From positions 422,386 through 486,385 of the forward strand of contig JAAOMT010000772.1 in NCBI GenBank assembly GCA_016748015.1: DNA of 64,000 nucleotides, given 5' to 3'. This DNA is from Geosiphon pyriformis uo1 (taxonomy: Eukaryota; Fungi; Glomeromycota). The position numbers were made by a program, and so were the translations under genes. The stretch's first letter is position 1. Each line of letters begins with the position of its first letter. Positions 13,573-26,818 of the stretch are shown here, one piece after another. The notes beneath the pieces were generated by a model. That model made no database searches. It saw only the letters and a program-made list of their open reading frames with translations, and had not been told where the DNA came from.

Positions 13573-15585
13573 GATATTTATTAGTTGCAAGAAACATTTC
13601 CCAATAACAATATAGTACTGAACTAAAATTCATTATTCAGATTACCAATTTCTTTGCAAAATTTGAGGTATATAAAGTTTTAATTAAAAAAGTTTTTATG
13701 CGAAATTTAATCAGAAAAAATTATAAAATTCCAGAATAATTATATATTTTTTTATTTAATTAAAATATTTTTAAGGGATTTATTGAATAAAAATAAATAT
13801 TATTATCATCAGGCAACTTCCCCTTTCATAAGGAGAAAATTTAAAATCCAATTTAAAATATGAAACATGCTTTAGATTTTAAATAAATATAAATTATTTT
13901 TAAGTGAAAGCAAATTGAATATTTAAATTTCATCAAGATATTTAATTGTAAAGTTTATTAAAAATCTAATTTTTTATTTTTTATAGAAAACGAAAAAAAA
14001 AGTATACGAGAGAAAATTCCTTATTATCACAAGAGTATCTAAATGTGAAAATTTAAATTGTGAACTCTTAAAAGAAAATTTAAAAGAATAATAGAGTTAT
14101 TAGAAAATTTTGTTGGGTAATAAAGACATTTTTGAAATCGTTTATCAAAACAAAAATACCCTTAAAAAGTGTAAACAATAAAAAAAAAAAGTACCTTTGT
14201 TATTTAATTCACAGTTTAATTAACTTTCTTTTATCTAAAAATAATAATTTTTACTCAATCATTATTCTTGAAAGGTTAAAATTAAGAAAGAAACGATTTA
14301 AAGGTGTTTTTTTCAAAAATTTTTAACTAAATTAATATATCTCTAAAACAAATTTCAGTTTTTTAAAAAAGATAAAAACAGAAACAGAATTTCTTTTTTC
14401 GTTTTCATTTCAATTGAATTCAATTCAATTCAATTCAATTCAATTATTATTTAGTTTTGGAAATAATTATTATTAATATTTATTGAATAAATTTACCTCT
14501 CATTTAGTTTTTATTTCAAAAAAATTTTCAAAAAAATCAAATTATTTTCTACATTGATTTTAGAATTTAAAAAATTATTTTATTTTGTATAATATATATA
14601 TATATAAGGTAAAATGACGAATTACGTTATTGTGGCAAAATAAGCAAAATAATTTAACTTGTGAAAAGTATGCTATTTAATAAATAGGTATTTTTTATAC
14701 TCTTTTTATCACAACCCTAGAAAAATATTTTAACTTGGCCACAATATCGTAATTTGTTTTTTTTTTGTTTTTTGTTTTTCAAATATAAATTAGTTTATTT
14801 GAAACTTGAATACTAGTTATAATTAAATTAATTTAAATATTCTTTTTAATTAAAAAATGAAAAATGTTTTCACCGTTTATATATATATTAAGATTTCATA
14901 TGATTCCCAATTTTCTGAAAATTTAATTCGTCACCTATTCTATAATTGGAACTAAATTTGGCTCTTTTTAAATTAGAGTCACCTGAGTCTTCAATTCTTC
15001 ATCAAAAACCTAGTTTCAGAAGGGCACACTATATTTTAAATATAAATTTCAAAATTCTTTCTTTCTTATTTTATTTATTTATTTATTTATTTATTTATTA
15101 CAATTAAACTCAAACAACTTTTATTTTTCCTCACCAAGAATATAAGATCGTTATCATCATACTGACATACATTTCACAAAACTTGAAAAAAAGTATAAAT
15201 TGCAACTGTATAAGTGTTTTTGAGTTGTTGTAAATAAACATTTTCTAGAATATTTATATGTTAAAAAATTTATTAGTTTTATCTAAATTTATTGAGTTTA
15301 AGAGATAAATATTCTCTCTCAGTTTTTCACGATTTTAATAGTACTCGAAGAAAACAGTTGATTTGAATCTAATCCTGCTCGCTTTATTCCCAAATCTCAG
15401 GGTTCAGAATACATAATGAAAAGTGAGAGGTCTTGATGATAGGTATCGAACTCGAAACATCAATCATTAGGGAAATATGAGTTGATTGATTTGAAAAATA
15501 TATAGTTTTTGGTAACTCGAGCACTATGTACTATAAGGTCAAAACTTGATGGGAAAGTTTTTTTTTCGTGAACGTAGCTGTCCAA

Positions 15586-15619
<34 letters not shown>

Positions 15620-15990
15620 TTTTTTAAATTATATATAGAACAAGCCTTTAAAGTTTTCTTTTGAAAATTTAATTTATATTTGAAATCTGCTGTTTATACA
15701 TTTTTTTACACAAGTTGGATCCTACCTAAAAGATTTTAAAATGCATACTGTGTAAAACTTGAAAGTATGTCACTCTCTATCCCAAAATTTACAAAATTGT
15801 AATAATAACAGGTTTTTTCAATGCACCTGAAAATTTATAAAAATTCAGATTGATGAAACTGAGACAGTATCCTATGTATTGAGGATTGGAAATTGGGATA
15901 ACAGTATAGATTTGGAGAAAGAGAGGTTGATTTGGCTATTTATTCAGGAAACCTAAATTGTAATAATTAGGTGTAACAGATAAATTCCTT

Positions 15991-16209
<219 letters not shown>

Positions 16210-17086
16210 CCCACCTCCCACAACAGTAAAAACTCCAAATTGAATAGTAAAATTGATTTCGAGATTTTTATTTTTAAGAACTTCTCTTACCGTCGAAAAT
16301 TTCCCCATGATCAGATTCTTTTTAAAATCACTATTTTGAAATTCTGCTTTAAAAATAAAATTTCTACTTTACTCTTTCAAAAAGAGCTATAAAACGCAAT
16401 TTTTGATTTACTTTTTTGAAAATATTATTATTTTATTGCAACTTAAAGAAAAATACATTTTTTGAAATCACAATTCTTTTAAAACAAATTTAAAAAATTC
16501 ATAAATTAAAATATTCTCTAATAGCTTTATGTATCATTTTTATTTGATTTTTTACTTTTCATCTGAACGGTCAAAGGGGAAATTGCTGCGTCATTAAACT
16601 TGAAAGAAATTTTTTTTTTCCAAATAAAACTCTAAAAAAAGTTATTCACCGAAACCCAATCAATCATCTTATCTGAAAATGCCCAACATTGAGAAAATTT
16701 ATATGGCACACCCTCCGACCCTTTTCGCACTTTTTCTCTCTCTCTCTCTCTCTTTCTCTCTTTCTCTCTTTCTCTCTTTCTCTCTCTAAATCTATCATTT
16801 TTTTCTTCTCCTCTTCCTCTTTTAACTTTTTCTCCTTTCTCATATTTTCTCTACTCATCCCTGGAAAGCTTTTCATTTGATCAAAAATCTTTTCCGATTT
16901 TTGCTTCACCATAAACCTTTTTCAAAAAATCCGAAATATCAATCTAATTCTTTGAAAAGTTTAGAGTAGACATTCGCAACTTTACTTGTGCAACCTGTTG
17001 TTGATTTCCAATTGGTCTAATCACATGGTTTTGTCAAAATAACTGCTCTCGACTTTGAAGATTTCTTCAATACTTCTTTAAACCCC

Positions 17087-17461
17087 ATGACTTCGGTTGC
17101 TCCTTCTCCGAGGAAGCGTCGCCTGTCCAACTCTTCACCAGAAGGTAATAAAGGATAGAATTTGACTTTTATATTCTAAAACTTAATAAAAAAAAAAGTT
17201 TATTCACCTTTTATTCTTCAAACTTTGGAAAGTGAAGATGGACGTCGTGTCGGGCTTAACGAGTCTAGCAAAAAGGTATAAATCTGCTTTTTGAACACAA
17301 CACTTTCACTTTACCTTCTTCTTCAATAAATCACTGGGAATATTTATGGTTACTCTCAATAGGCCAAGTCCGAGTCTACTATTGCAAGTTCCATCAGTAA
17401 CGGAGGTCTGGCTTTGACCGCACCTACTGCCTCAAACAGTGGCAGCAGCAGCAACAGTAGC

Positions 17462-17508
<47 letters not shown>

Positions 17509-18894
17509 GAACACCACTGGTGTTACCAGTTCTTCTATAAACATAGAACCTCTAACCATGGTGGCAGCAGCAGCAGCAGCATCCCAGAACAATAGTGGTA
17601 GTAATACACAACTTCAGCAAGCACCACAAGCACCTTTATCGCCATCTCACCGTACTGGTGTTCAAACAAGTGGCACTTCATCGGTAACCACTGCGACAAG
17701 GACATCTGCTTCTACCCCAACGATAGCAGATAAAGAATCTACATCTACTCAAAACATTTCTACCAATGCTAAACTTCAACATCAAAACTCATCATCTTCA
17801 CAGTCGCAACAGCAACAACAAAACTCCGGCGGAATACCTCCCCCCCATGCGCATCCTGATCTGTTAATTCGTTTGACAAAAAAAGAGGAAGAAATTCAAA
17901 ATCTACTTGTAAGAAACTCATCCAAATAATTTGAGTTTGGATCGATCTATTGATGCTAATTGAATCATGCCATCCATGAGATTAGGGTGAACTTCAAACC
18001 CTCTCGCAAACCCTCACTCCTGATTTCACTTTTGACCCGGGTTTACGAAAAAGGTTTCTTGACCCTGCGATTAATGCTTTATTTCGAACAATGAAAAAAG
18101 AGCTAGAGGATAAAGAAAAAATGATTGAGAATCTTCAGCGAGAGTTAGAGGGGATTGGCTTTACACCAAACAGGTTTGGCCCAAATCATTATTTCAGGGA
18201 CAGCTATAAAACCAGAACAAGTTAAATACACCCTTTCAGAGTTTTGACAATTGTTCAACATCATTGAAGCTCTTGCTATCTCTGTTTATGATTTAATTCA
18301 TTCATACAACAGCATCACTGGGAAAAAACTAGTGGCTAAGCTGCGTGCACTCCAACTAGAGAATGAAGAATTAGGTCGACAACTTCGTCAAGGGAGAGTT
18401 GAACAGTATGAAGTGGAGATTGCACTACAACGCAAAATGATTGATGAACTCAAATCTGGATTAGCAGGTTTTCCTTGTCGAATCCTTCTTCGATCCTCTT
18501 TACTTGCAAATGAACGTGAATAATCAAAAATATCGCTTTTCTAGAATCTGATGCTCAACTTGTACTCATGGACGAGGAAAATGAACGTCTTCAGGATATT
18601 GTTTTTCGACTTCAAGCGAAGGTTAAAAATTATGAAAAGAAATTGGCGAATAAAATTGCCGATAATAAAGACAATAAAAATATTGATACTGGAAACGAAG
18701 CAAGTGACTCTGCTCTAACGAATCGAGTTAATACCGCTGAGACTGCCATTACCCCGGCCGCTGAAAGCTCACCACGCGAAAATGAAGACCAAACCGGGAC
18801 GGGTTCGAGTGCGGCTGGTGAAATAGATGGTATCAAAAGTCAGCAAAAAACTGATGATACCACGATTCCAGAAACAATGGAAGATATCATGTAG
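17087..18894 (+). CDS. WTAP: WTAP/Mum2/Fl(2)d family m6A-writer subunit and splicing regulator (multi-exon)
   Basis: Spliced exons give FLDPAINALFRTMKKELEDKEKMIENLQRELEGIGFTPNSITGKKLVAKLRALQLENEELGRQLRQGRVEQYEVEIALQ. This matches the WTAP core (DPAIN..FTP.S.TGKKL.AK.R.L..ENEELGRQL). The N-terminus is low-complexity poly-N/A/Q. Confidence 0.9.
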
Positions 18895-19280
18895 AAACTT
18901 GATTGAAATTTTATCCAGTCAAACAAACCGGATCCTTTAAATTTTTTCACTGACATTTAAAGATTGGACCCGTAAATTTTTGGTTTCTTCCTTTTGGGAT
19001 TAAATGATTTTTTGGAACAATGTTATGTGGGGGTAAATAACGTTTACATCCCCACCAAAAAGGCTATTTTGTGTGAATTGGCTTCCACAAGCTGTTGGAA
19101 GCTTTTTGATATTTAGGAAGTGGTACAAAATCCGTCCATGATTTAAGGCTCTTGTTTATTATGATTTTTTTTTCTTAGACATCAAGATCTACATAACAAC
19201 AGTACAAGTGTGTCACAACAAACGATTTGATTTGCTGATCCTATCTGCAAGTATATTTTGATTTACAAAATGCAGGATAA

Positions 19281-20036
19281 ATGCAGGATTCTTGTTTCGA
19301 CTTTTTCTTCCGGATTCAAGATATATATGAAATGGAAACGAATAATCAAACCGCCGCCAAAGATGCTCGTCCTTATGCACCTTATCATTTAATTTTTAAC
19401 TCTCATGTCAATAAAATATTCTGTCCGTGTCACGGTTCCCTGGTTCCCGTTCAAAATAGACAACAAGTCTCAACTGAGCGTTCCCACTTTCACACAGCAC
19501 GTAAAGCCAACCATAAGGTTGTTGCTTTAGAGCAACAGGCTTTTCCCGAGTCTTCCTGTTTCGTTTCATTTATCAATGATACAAATGTAGATGAAACCGC
19601 TTTAATAGAACATATTCTCTTTTATGTACAAGATGGACTGAAAGATCCTAGCCTTTTAGGCGTGGAGTTAGCAAATGACCTCGAAAATTTTATGGGGTTT
19701 TTGAGAGACGCACTTGAGCGAAAAAAAGAAAAAAACAGTGGCAAGGATAATAATCATGGTATTGAGAAGGGGTCCATTTTTAAACAGTCCACTAATTCAT
19801 TCCCCTCACTCGTTAATGAAGCCCCATTGATGACTCAATCGATTGGTGAAAGAGAAATAATTGTTATTGATGATGACGATGAAGACAAAGCCTTAAATGA
19901 GGGAGATGTTGAAAAGGATCCTTTTTCGAAATTTGGAGAAATGATTATTTCTTTGGACAACAATATTAATAATGTGCGGAAACACCCTAATTCCACCCAT
20001 TCTGAAAGTCCAAAAGAACCAGTTTTTGTTATTATC

Positions 20037-20093
<57 letters not shown>

Positions 20094-20546
20094 AATGACA
20101 ATAATAATGGCAATAAAAATAAAAATAATAATAATAAAAATAAAAATAAAAAAAACAATAAAAAAAACAATAATCAAAACAATAATCAAATCGAGTCGAA
20201 TGACTCAATTTATGACCCGTCCTATATTAACGGCTCAAGACCTCAACCTATGAGTGCCAAGAAAAAAGGGAAACAGCCAATGTACGCCAAGAATGATGAT
20301 GAGTATAATCCTGATCCGCTGGGGTTATTTAGTGACGTAGATTTTAGTGACACGTTTATCAGACCTGTTTCACGCCATAAGAGAGCAAGAAGTATTCCAA
20401 AAAACACGGACAATGCAGTCATAAACAATTATTGTATTTTACAAAGTTCAGCTAAGGGAATACCAAAATATTTTGGAAGTACAAAAAGTAGAAATCGGGG
20501 GGTGCTAAACCATTTCGATACTCCCAGTGCAGGAAAAAGATCTTAG
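19281..20546 (+). CDS. Hypothetical protein with a Cys/His motif, SIM-like motifs and poly-D/N tracts
   Basis: 421-codon intronless ORF containing CPCH..H..H, IIVIDDDDE, VFVIIDDDD and a (GAT)n tract at 20037-20093. No family recognised. Confidence 0.55.
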
Positions 20547-21699
20547 CACTTCAGAAAGGTCGAAATCTGAGTGCCCATTTCTAAAAGTTACGAATAAGGG
20601 AGTGTCAAAGAATTTTAGCACTGAATCTGGCATACCGCTCTTCGAAATTTGAAGATATTAATTTTAAATTAGCAAGATCTTTGAAAGTCCGAGTAATAAA
20701 AAAAGGGATCTGATGAAGCTCAAAAAAAAAAAAAAAGCCGAGGACTCTTTTCGAATGAAAGATCTTTAGATGGAAATGCTACTATAGATTTTCTAACTAG
20801 AGTACTATGAACAAAATAAAAAATTATTTTTCCTTTGTTTTGTGTGTATGCCCGACGTTAAAATGGTCAGCATTAGAATTAGAAATTCTTAAATTGAATG
20901 TTTTTTTAAAAGAGAGGGAATGAGAAGTCAAAATAATTTCTTACTGTTAACAAAGTTGTAAAAATACAAACCTTAAATCAAATATTTTGGGAAGATGGAT
21001 TCATCGAAAAATCATTAAGTATCAGAAGACAAAATTTGAATATAATGTATACAAAGAATAATACTAAAATGTTGATAAAGTTCAATCCCATGAACACCCA
21101 TACCACCGAAATGTGTTCTTGTTTCAACTAGTTTTTTAGTTGGGATTTTTTTCAGACAATGGATTTCAGGAAATTTAAATATGTAGTTTTGTGTCAAACG
21201 GTGAATAGATCACAGACAGTAAACAGCGGCCTGTGCAGCTCGAAAAGATTGGTTATTAGTTCGCAGATCAAGTAAATCATTCTTAACAAACCCGTCATTG
21301 AATGTGTTAAACTCTAACTCTATCATCACCTGCCTTTATTGGCTAGAGCCGTATGATTAAGTTCGATTAAAATTAAATGTTTGTGTTAAAATTAGTATTT
21401 AGTTTTTAATCAAATATAAATATAAATATAAATATAAATATAAATTTTTTATTGAAAATAATTGTAATTTTGTAAAATTGTTTAGTTAGAAATTATATAA
21501 AAAAAAATAAAATAAACATTAATGTAAATTATTATCTATTTGAATAATTATTTTTTAAAATTTCAAAAAATTTTTTCACATTTTTCACTATATTTTTATG
21601 TAAATTGTAAATTATAAAAATATATTTATTTATAACCAGTGTAATTAATCATCATATCGTTTACCTTATAAACATCAAACACACTAAAATATGAAAAAT

Positions 21700-22262
21700 T
21701 TAAATTTCAGAAACAATAAGTGGCCTTATTTACACAAATTTATACATTTTTTGGGTCTATGAAACACAAATATAAGTGGAACTTTTACCCATCATACACC
21801 AAAGGTGTGGGTAAAATAGGCTCAAACAATATTGGATCAATCGTTTGTTTTTACAACCTCGTTTTTAAAAAAATACAATTGTCCGCTCTACTTTACAGAT
21901 AAGAAATTCAGGGTCCGCAGACTAAAATCTACAAAAAAGCAATTCTATTTTTTACTCGCGAGTTTGATGCAATTGTCATTCTGCCATTTGATGTATCACA
22001 CATTGAGAATCGTAAAAGTGAAAAAAAAAGTAGAAAATGTTCTCTTGGGCATATTATCATTTCCCTCAACATCTGATTAGCAAAGCCGAGTTGTCATCCA
22101 AAATGAGGCCTATATACAAGTTTGTAGCTGGTAAAGTGCATCGAAGTGTACAAGTGCAGGAATTGCGGGACTGTAATGAAAACCCCATTTGGGGAGGGTC
22201 ACGCAGGAAATAGTAGTCTTATTTGACAATCTTTAGTACTACCTATTATTGATGTGTTACAA
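21700..22262 (+). mobile_element. Fanzor/TnpB (IS607/Fanzor2-like) remnant, copy A
   Basis: Frameshifted pieces TKGVGKIGSNNIG / KIYKKAILFFTREFDAIVILPFDVS / MFSWAYYHFPQHLISKAE / VVIQNEAY..CSW* / EVYKCRNCGTVM. These are followed by the shared 3' block gagggtcacgcaggaaatagtagtctta..tagtactacctattattgatgtgttacaa. Confidence 0.85.
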
Positions 22263-22502
22263 GTTGTTTGTGTGTATTTACAATACACAATTAAATGAGA
22301 GCTGCTAGTGTTTATAGCAAAGTCTATATTTTTATGAAATATAAATAATTACACTAGAGTATCATACAGAAAAATTAAATAAGTTTAATTTGAGCCGACC
22401 GGAACAATTTTCCAAGTTAGAGACTATTAACTTTATATCAATCCTCTATAATATAAATAAATACCAAAACCTGAATCCCATCCTACATAAAAAAATTTTT
22501 GA

Positions 22503-24828
22503 TTATTGAACAGTATATTGGGCGATAAAGTCCAATGTTTCTTCATCACGCATATATGTCAAATTCCATTTTCCTCGTTCATCCAACGTCGTCTCAATCG
22601 CAAACTTGATGCTGCCATCCGTCAAATTCTGTTCGACTTTTTTCATCATTTGTGTATCCTTACCAGGTGTGAACAAACAAAACTGGGGTAAGGTAGATTC
22701 TTCCTGATCAAAGATGACCAGTTCGAAAACTTGTTTTGAGTTGTATTTTAGGGTGGCATGAATTGGGTTTATGATTGTAAAGGAGAATGGTACGGAGAAG
22801 GTAGTAACGAAGGGGCCCTGACGCGTTCCGCTACCCCGATTTCGGATTAAGAGTTGTGATGCTAGTGGGCCCTGTTGAATTATTTCCAAAAAATTTTATA
22901 TTCATACGCAAGGTGAAAGATAATTTAGACAATTAAATAACTTCAAGTTTGAAAACGCACCTGATTTCCATTCAATAACACGAAAATATTCAATTTTCCC
23001 TCTCCCTTACTGGGAATCTCACAATGGAACCGATACAAACGGCCCCCACTTTTTCCATGGCCTCCAAGGCGTTGTATAAACACTGGTACCTGCTGCCCAT
23101 TCCAAGCTAAATGCGCGTGCAACGCTTTACTCTCATCGGGATGCGTTCGTTCAATCTCGAATACCAATTTATCATGATCAACCTCAATCTCATTGGGTAT
23201 TTTGGTGATAAAGGAAAGCCCGGCGGTGAAATAAGGAGGTTTTACAAAAGGTAATGAGACAAATTGTGTTTTATTTAACGGTGGCTCGAGGTATTGTTCT
23301 TCTTCTTTGCGTGGCAAATGACTGTAAATGAATTTCGACGGAGTGACAAGGAAGTAAAAGGGATCGAATCGTTGAACAAATGATTGGCCTTCCACTACCC
23401 CAGCTCCCCATGTACTGTCAATTAAGAGGTATTCACCGTCGACACAAGTTCCGTTCCATGCATGTGCGAATTGAAAAGAATCAATATCTGCTCCCGGGGA
23501 GTACCCTGCTCCTTTGGCATGGCCACTAATTTTCCAGGTATCGAGCTTGGCTTCTTTTGCGAGGGCGTTAAAAAGTTCACCATATCCATCACATACTGCC
23601 AATCTTTTGGACAGGACTTCACTTGCTTCCATATGATGAATTTTACCTATTACGAGGGAAAAATATAATTTAATAAAACATGCAACAAATAATAATCAAT
23701 TCCAAATATACTTTAATTTATTACCTGAAAATAATGCTTTAACATCGTATTCTATATTCTCGGCAATCCAAGTATAGATTGCGCGAAGTTTATCAATGGT
23801 AATTGGGAAGGGAGAGGTAAGGTGATGCGATAATGTTACAATATCTTTTGTTTTTAAGGATGGGGTATTTCGCGCATGATGATCAACTTTTGTGAAATCC
23901 CGTTCTACAAAATCAAATAAAAAAGATAATTAATCAAAGAGAAAAATTGTTTAAGCGCATCCTACATAAATTCAAAATTAAATTTCAAGTTTCGCGATGA
24001 AACAATTTACCGTCTGAATTGAAATGCTTTACAAAATTTTTGGTGACGATTGGTGCACTTTGACTGTATGAAACATATCCAAAAATTAGAAACCGTGTTA
24101 TTATGAAATTTTAAAGGGAATAATATTTTTCTTCAAAAAAAAATCACCACGACTCCTACCTAACCGGATCCTGATCCTCGACCAAAGTCTGTTTCGCGTC
24201 ATTCTTATGAGAATTTGTGGGAACATCATTTTTGTTCGTGTCATTCCTATTTAATTCTGACGTAAATTTCTGTTCTGTTGGCGGTTGCTGTTGGTGTAAA
24301 ACATGATTTCCTCCTGACGTCGGATGAGAATGAGGTGATTCCTGCAGATATGTTGAGTCAACTTCTTCATGAGGGGTCGTCTGTAGATTATCTTGGAATT
24401 CGGAAAGTGGTTCTTCGGTGGTATAAGTGATTACTTGTGTTTCAGTGTGACCGCTCTCGTCAGTGGTGGTGATTTTTTTGACATGGGTTACCGTTACTTT
24501 TTTGTAAGGGAAAATGAAAATTTTTTTGGCCAATTAGATGGAAGTTGAAAATGTGATTGAGAATCGGAACCCTTTTATTCTTAGTTGAAAAAAAACCTCG
24601 CCTTTTATTTCAATGTGATGCAAATATAAACTAATTCAAAAATTCAAGCACTCAGAATTAATATTTTAACTCACCAGTCTCTTCCCCGTTACCATTCGAT
24701 GTTTTTTCATTATAATTATTATGACTTTTCACTATATGCGTGTCACTTTTATTTGATTCTTTAGGCTCTTTGTTCTTCTTTTTACGAAGGCTTAAAGGAC
24801 GCTTTAATAATGACTTCCAATCTGGCAT
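22503..24828 (-). CDS. Transglutaminase-like protein, KY/Cyk3 type (multi-exon)
   Basis: AVCDGYGELF, ISGHAKGAGY, HAWNG, LIDSTWGAG and FDPFYFL..SHLP motifs, with the Cys-His-Asp triad intact. Upstream exons encode RAIYTWIAENI. ATG is at 24828. Confidence 0.85.
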
Positions 24829-25884
24829 GGTTAATCAAATAGAAGAAAGAGCTGGGATTTAGGAGCAAATAGTTTAGAGATATACAAAATTTATTTACTA
24901 AATACTAAAATCCTAATTCAATCGCTATTTGTTCGCTAAAAAGAAAAAGCGAGAAGGTACCACTAGTAGAAGTTTGCCCAACATATAATTTCAAACTTAC
25001 ACTTTGTTCCCGTAAGACGCGTGTATTTATACGAATAATCATTGTACTCTTGTACAATTGTGGAAACACCAAATACTTGCACGAACTAAATTGAAAAAAT
25101 TATCACATCGCATATATATTACTTGAAAGAGGTTTTCGACACAGTGATCCAAAACAATAGTTGCCGTTGTTTTTTGGTGTAAATCAAATACATACTGCTT
25201 TGGCATTGGTACAAAGAAGACCTACCAAATTAACTTTAAGATATCATGATTGTCTTCGTACATGACATCACTCTACCATTCATTATTTTTTTGATAGATC
25301 AGAAAACTACAAAGGCTTGACGGTGGCAATGTACCTGGGAAAGGAAATGAACGAAAACCCATGCTACATATTGATAAAAACTTAGTTGCATATGCGGATA
25401 TTAGTTTTTATGCCGGCGGCATTTACCTGCATTTATAAATAAGAATGCTCAAACATTCCCACACCAATTGTATTGTAAATTTTACGTACGAATGACCCAT
25501 TTTTCAACAAAATGTTGAGAGATCTTCACCAAATCCGGAAAAGCTTATTTTATACGAGCGAAATTTATAACTTGCGAAATTCAAATATTTAGCCAAAATT
25601 GTTTCAAACTTTCCGAAAGTAGAATTTTATTAATTTCTCCATTCTCTTAAAAGATCCTAACACCCGAGCCTAAAAACACCAAAAAAGTAGATCAATGGAT
25701 CATTGATTTACTGCTCAACTTTGTTCCTGATCCGTCTCATTTTTTTCATGCGTTGTTTATTCCTACTATCCCCGATTTCTCAAGAGCATATGTGAGAAAG
25801 GTTGTGGTGCTGCTTTTATCAAAAGCTCTGTTTATGGGTCTCAAGAGTTCAGCTTAATATTACATTTGACATACATATGAAATT

Positions 25885-25997
25885 GCTACATATTGATGCG
25901 GATGGATTGTAACAAATCAATAATAGGTAGTACTAAAAATTACTAAGTAAGACTACTATTTCCTGCATGACCCTCAGTAGAGGATCAAAGGTCCCCA
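25885..25997 (-). ncRNA. Candidate Fanzor omega/fRNA scaffold (best-preserved copy)
   Basis: Conserved among copies A-D, with self-complementary segments TGATCCTC-loop-GAGGGTCA, AATAG.TAGT/ACTACCTATT, GATGG/CCATC and TATTGAT/ATCAATA. It overlaps the ORF 3' end, as TnpB/Fanzor guide scaffolds do. Expression is not shown. Confidence 0.5.
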
Positions 25998-26700
25998 TCA
26001 AGCAATGGTTCCGCTCCCCCGAGCCATTTTCGTCACAGCCCGCAATTCTGGCAGTTGTAAACTTGGGACCCTCCGATGCTCTTTATGTTGGATGCATAGG
26101 CCTCATTTGGGCAACAACTCGGATCAGATGTTGACGGAAACGGTAGTATGCCTAGGAGAGCATTTTCCGATAGTTGCGTATTTTTCTTGCCTTATGATTC
26201 GTGATTTCTGACACCTCAAACGGCGGGATGAGATTTGGGTCAGACTCGCGAGTGAAGAACAAGATCGTCTTTCTGTGGATTTTATTCTGCAGATGCATAA
26301 TCCTTCGTCGTATGCGCGAAACTTCTTTGTTGAGTCGCTGGGGCTTTGCGTTTCTTACGCTTTGAAGTAGAGAAGGTGAGTTTGAAATGAGGTCATCCAT
26401 ATACGAACAAGTTGTCCGATGTCACCAGAACCTATTTTACCACATCTTTGGTGGAATACCATATGAAGGATGCACGAATGCCAGGATAAATAGAGACTGT
26501 ATGATGGAGCTATCCGCTTGGGTTTCCCGGATTTGAGTTTATGTTTCGGGCAGGTTACTAATTAACCAAAAAATAAACACAATACGCAACAATAAAAATG
26601 AGTGTCAGGATTGGCATAGGTGCGGTTTCTCACATGTGAAGAGATCATTGGGGAAAGGGAAAAAGGAATTGAATAAATTGTTGGGCTTAAAAGTCCATTC
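25899..26700 (-). mobile_element. Fanzor/TnpB (IS607/Fanzor2-like) remnant, copy B
   Basis: Minus-strand pieces VSIYPGIR (RuvC-I DPG mutated) / GKIGSGDIG / MDDLIS..RIRRRIMHLQNKIHRKTILFFTRESD..IPPFEVS..RKMLS*AYYRFRQHLI / EAY / IGGSQVYNCQNCG / DENG / LLDG. These are followed by the shared 3' block ending ttacaatccatccg at 25899. The 5' limit is uncertain. Confidence 0.9.
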
Positions 26701-26818
26701 GTACAATTGTAAGTTTATCGTCAGGTGAAATAGGCCTATTGGTTATCGCTTAGTTTCGAAGTGTAAAGGCCATAGCACGCGTTATCCTTATTATAAAAAT
26801 AAGCTTTAAGTTAAAAGA

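Noticed and set aside
21190-21365. GC-elevated patch upstream of Fanzor copy A as an ncRNA or the element's left end
   Set aside because: No recognisable RNA motif, no convincing fold, and no match to the other copies seen by eye.
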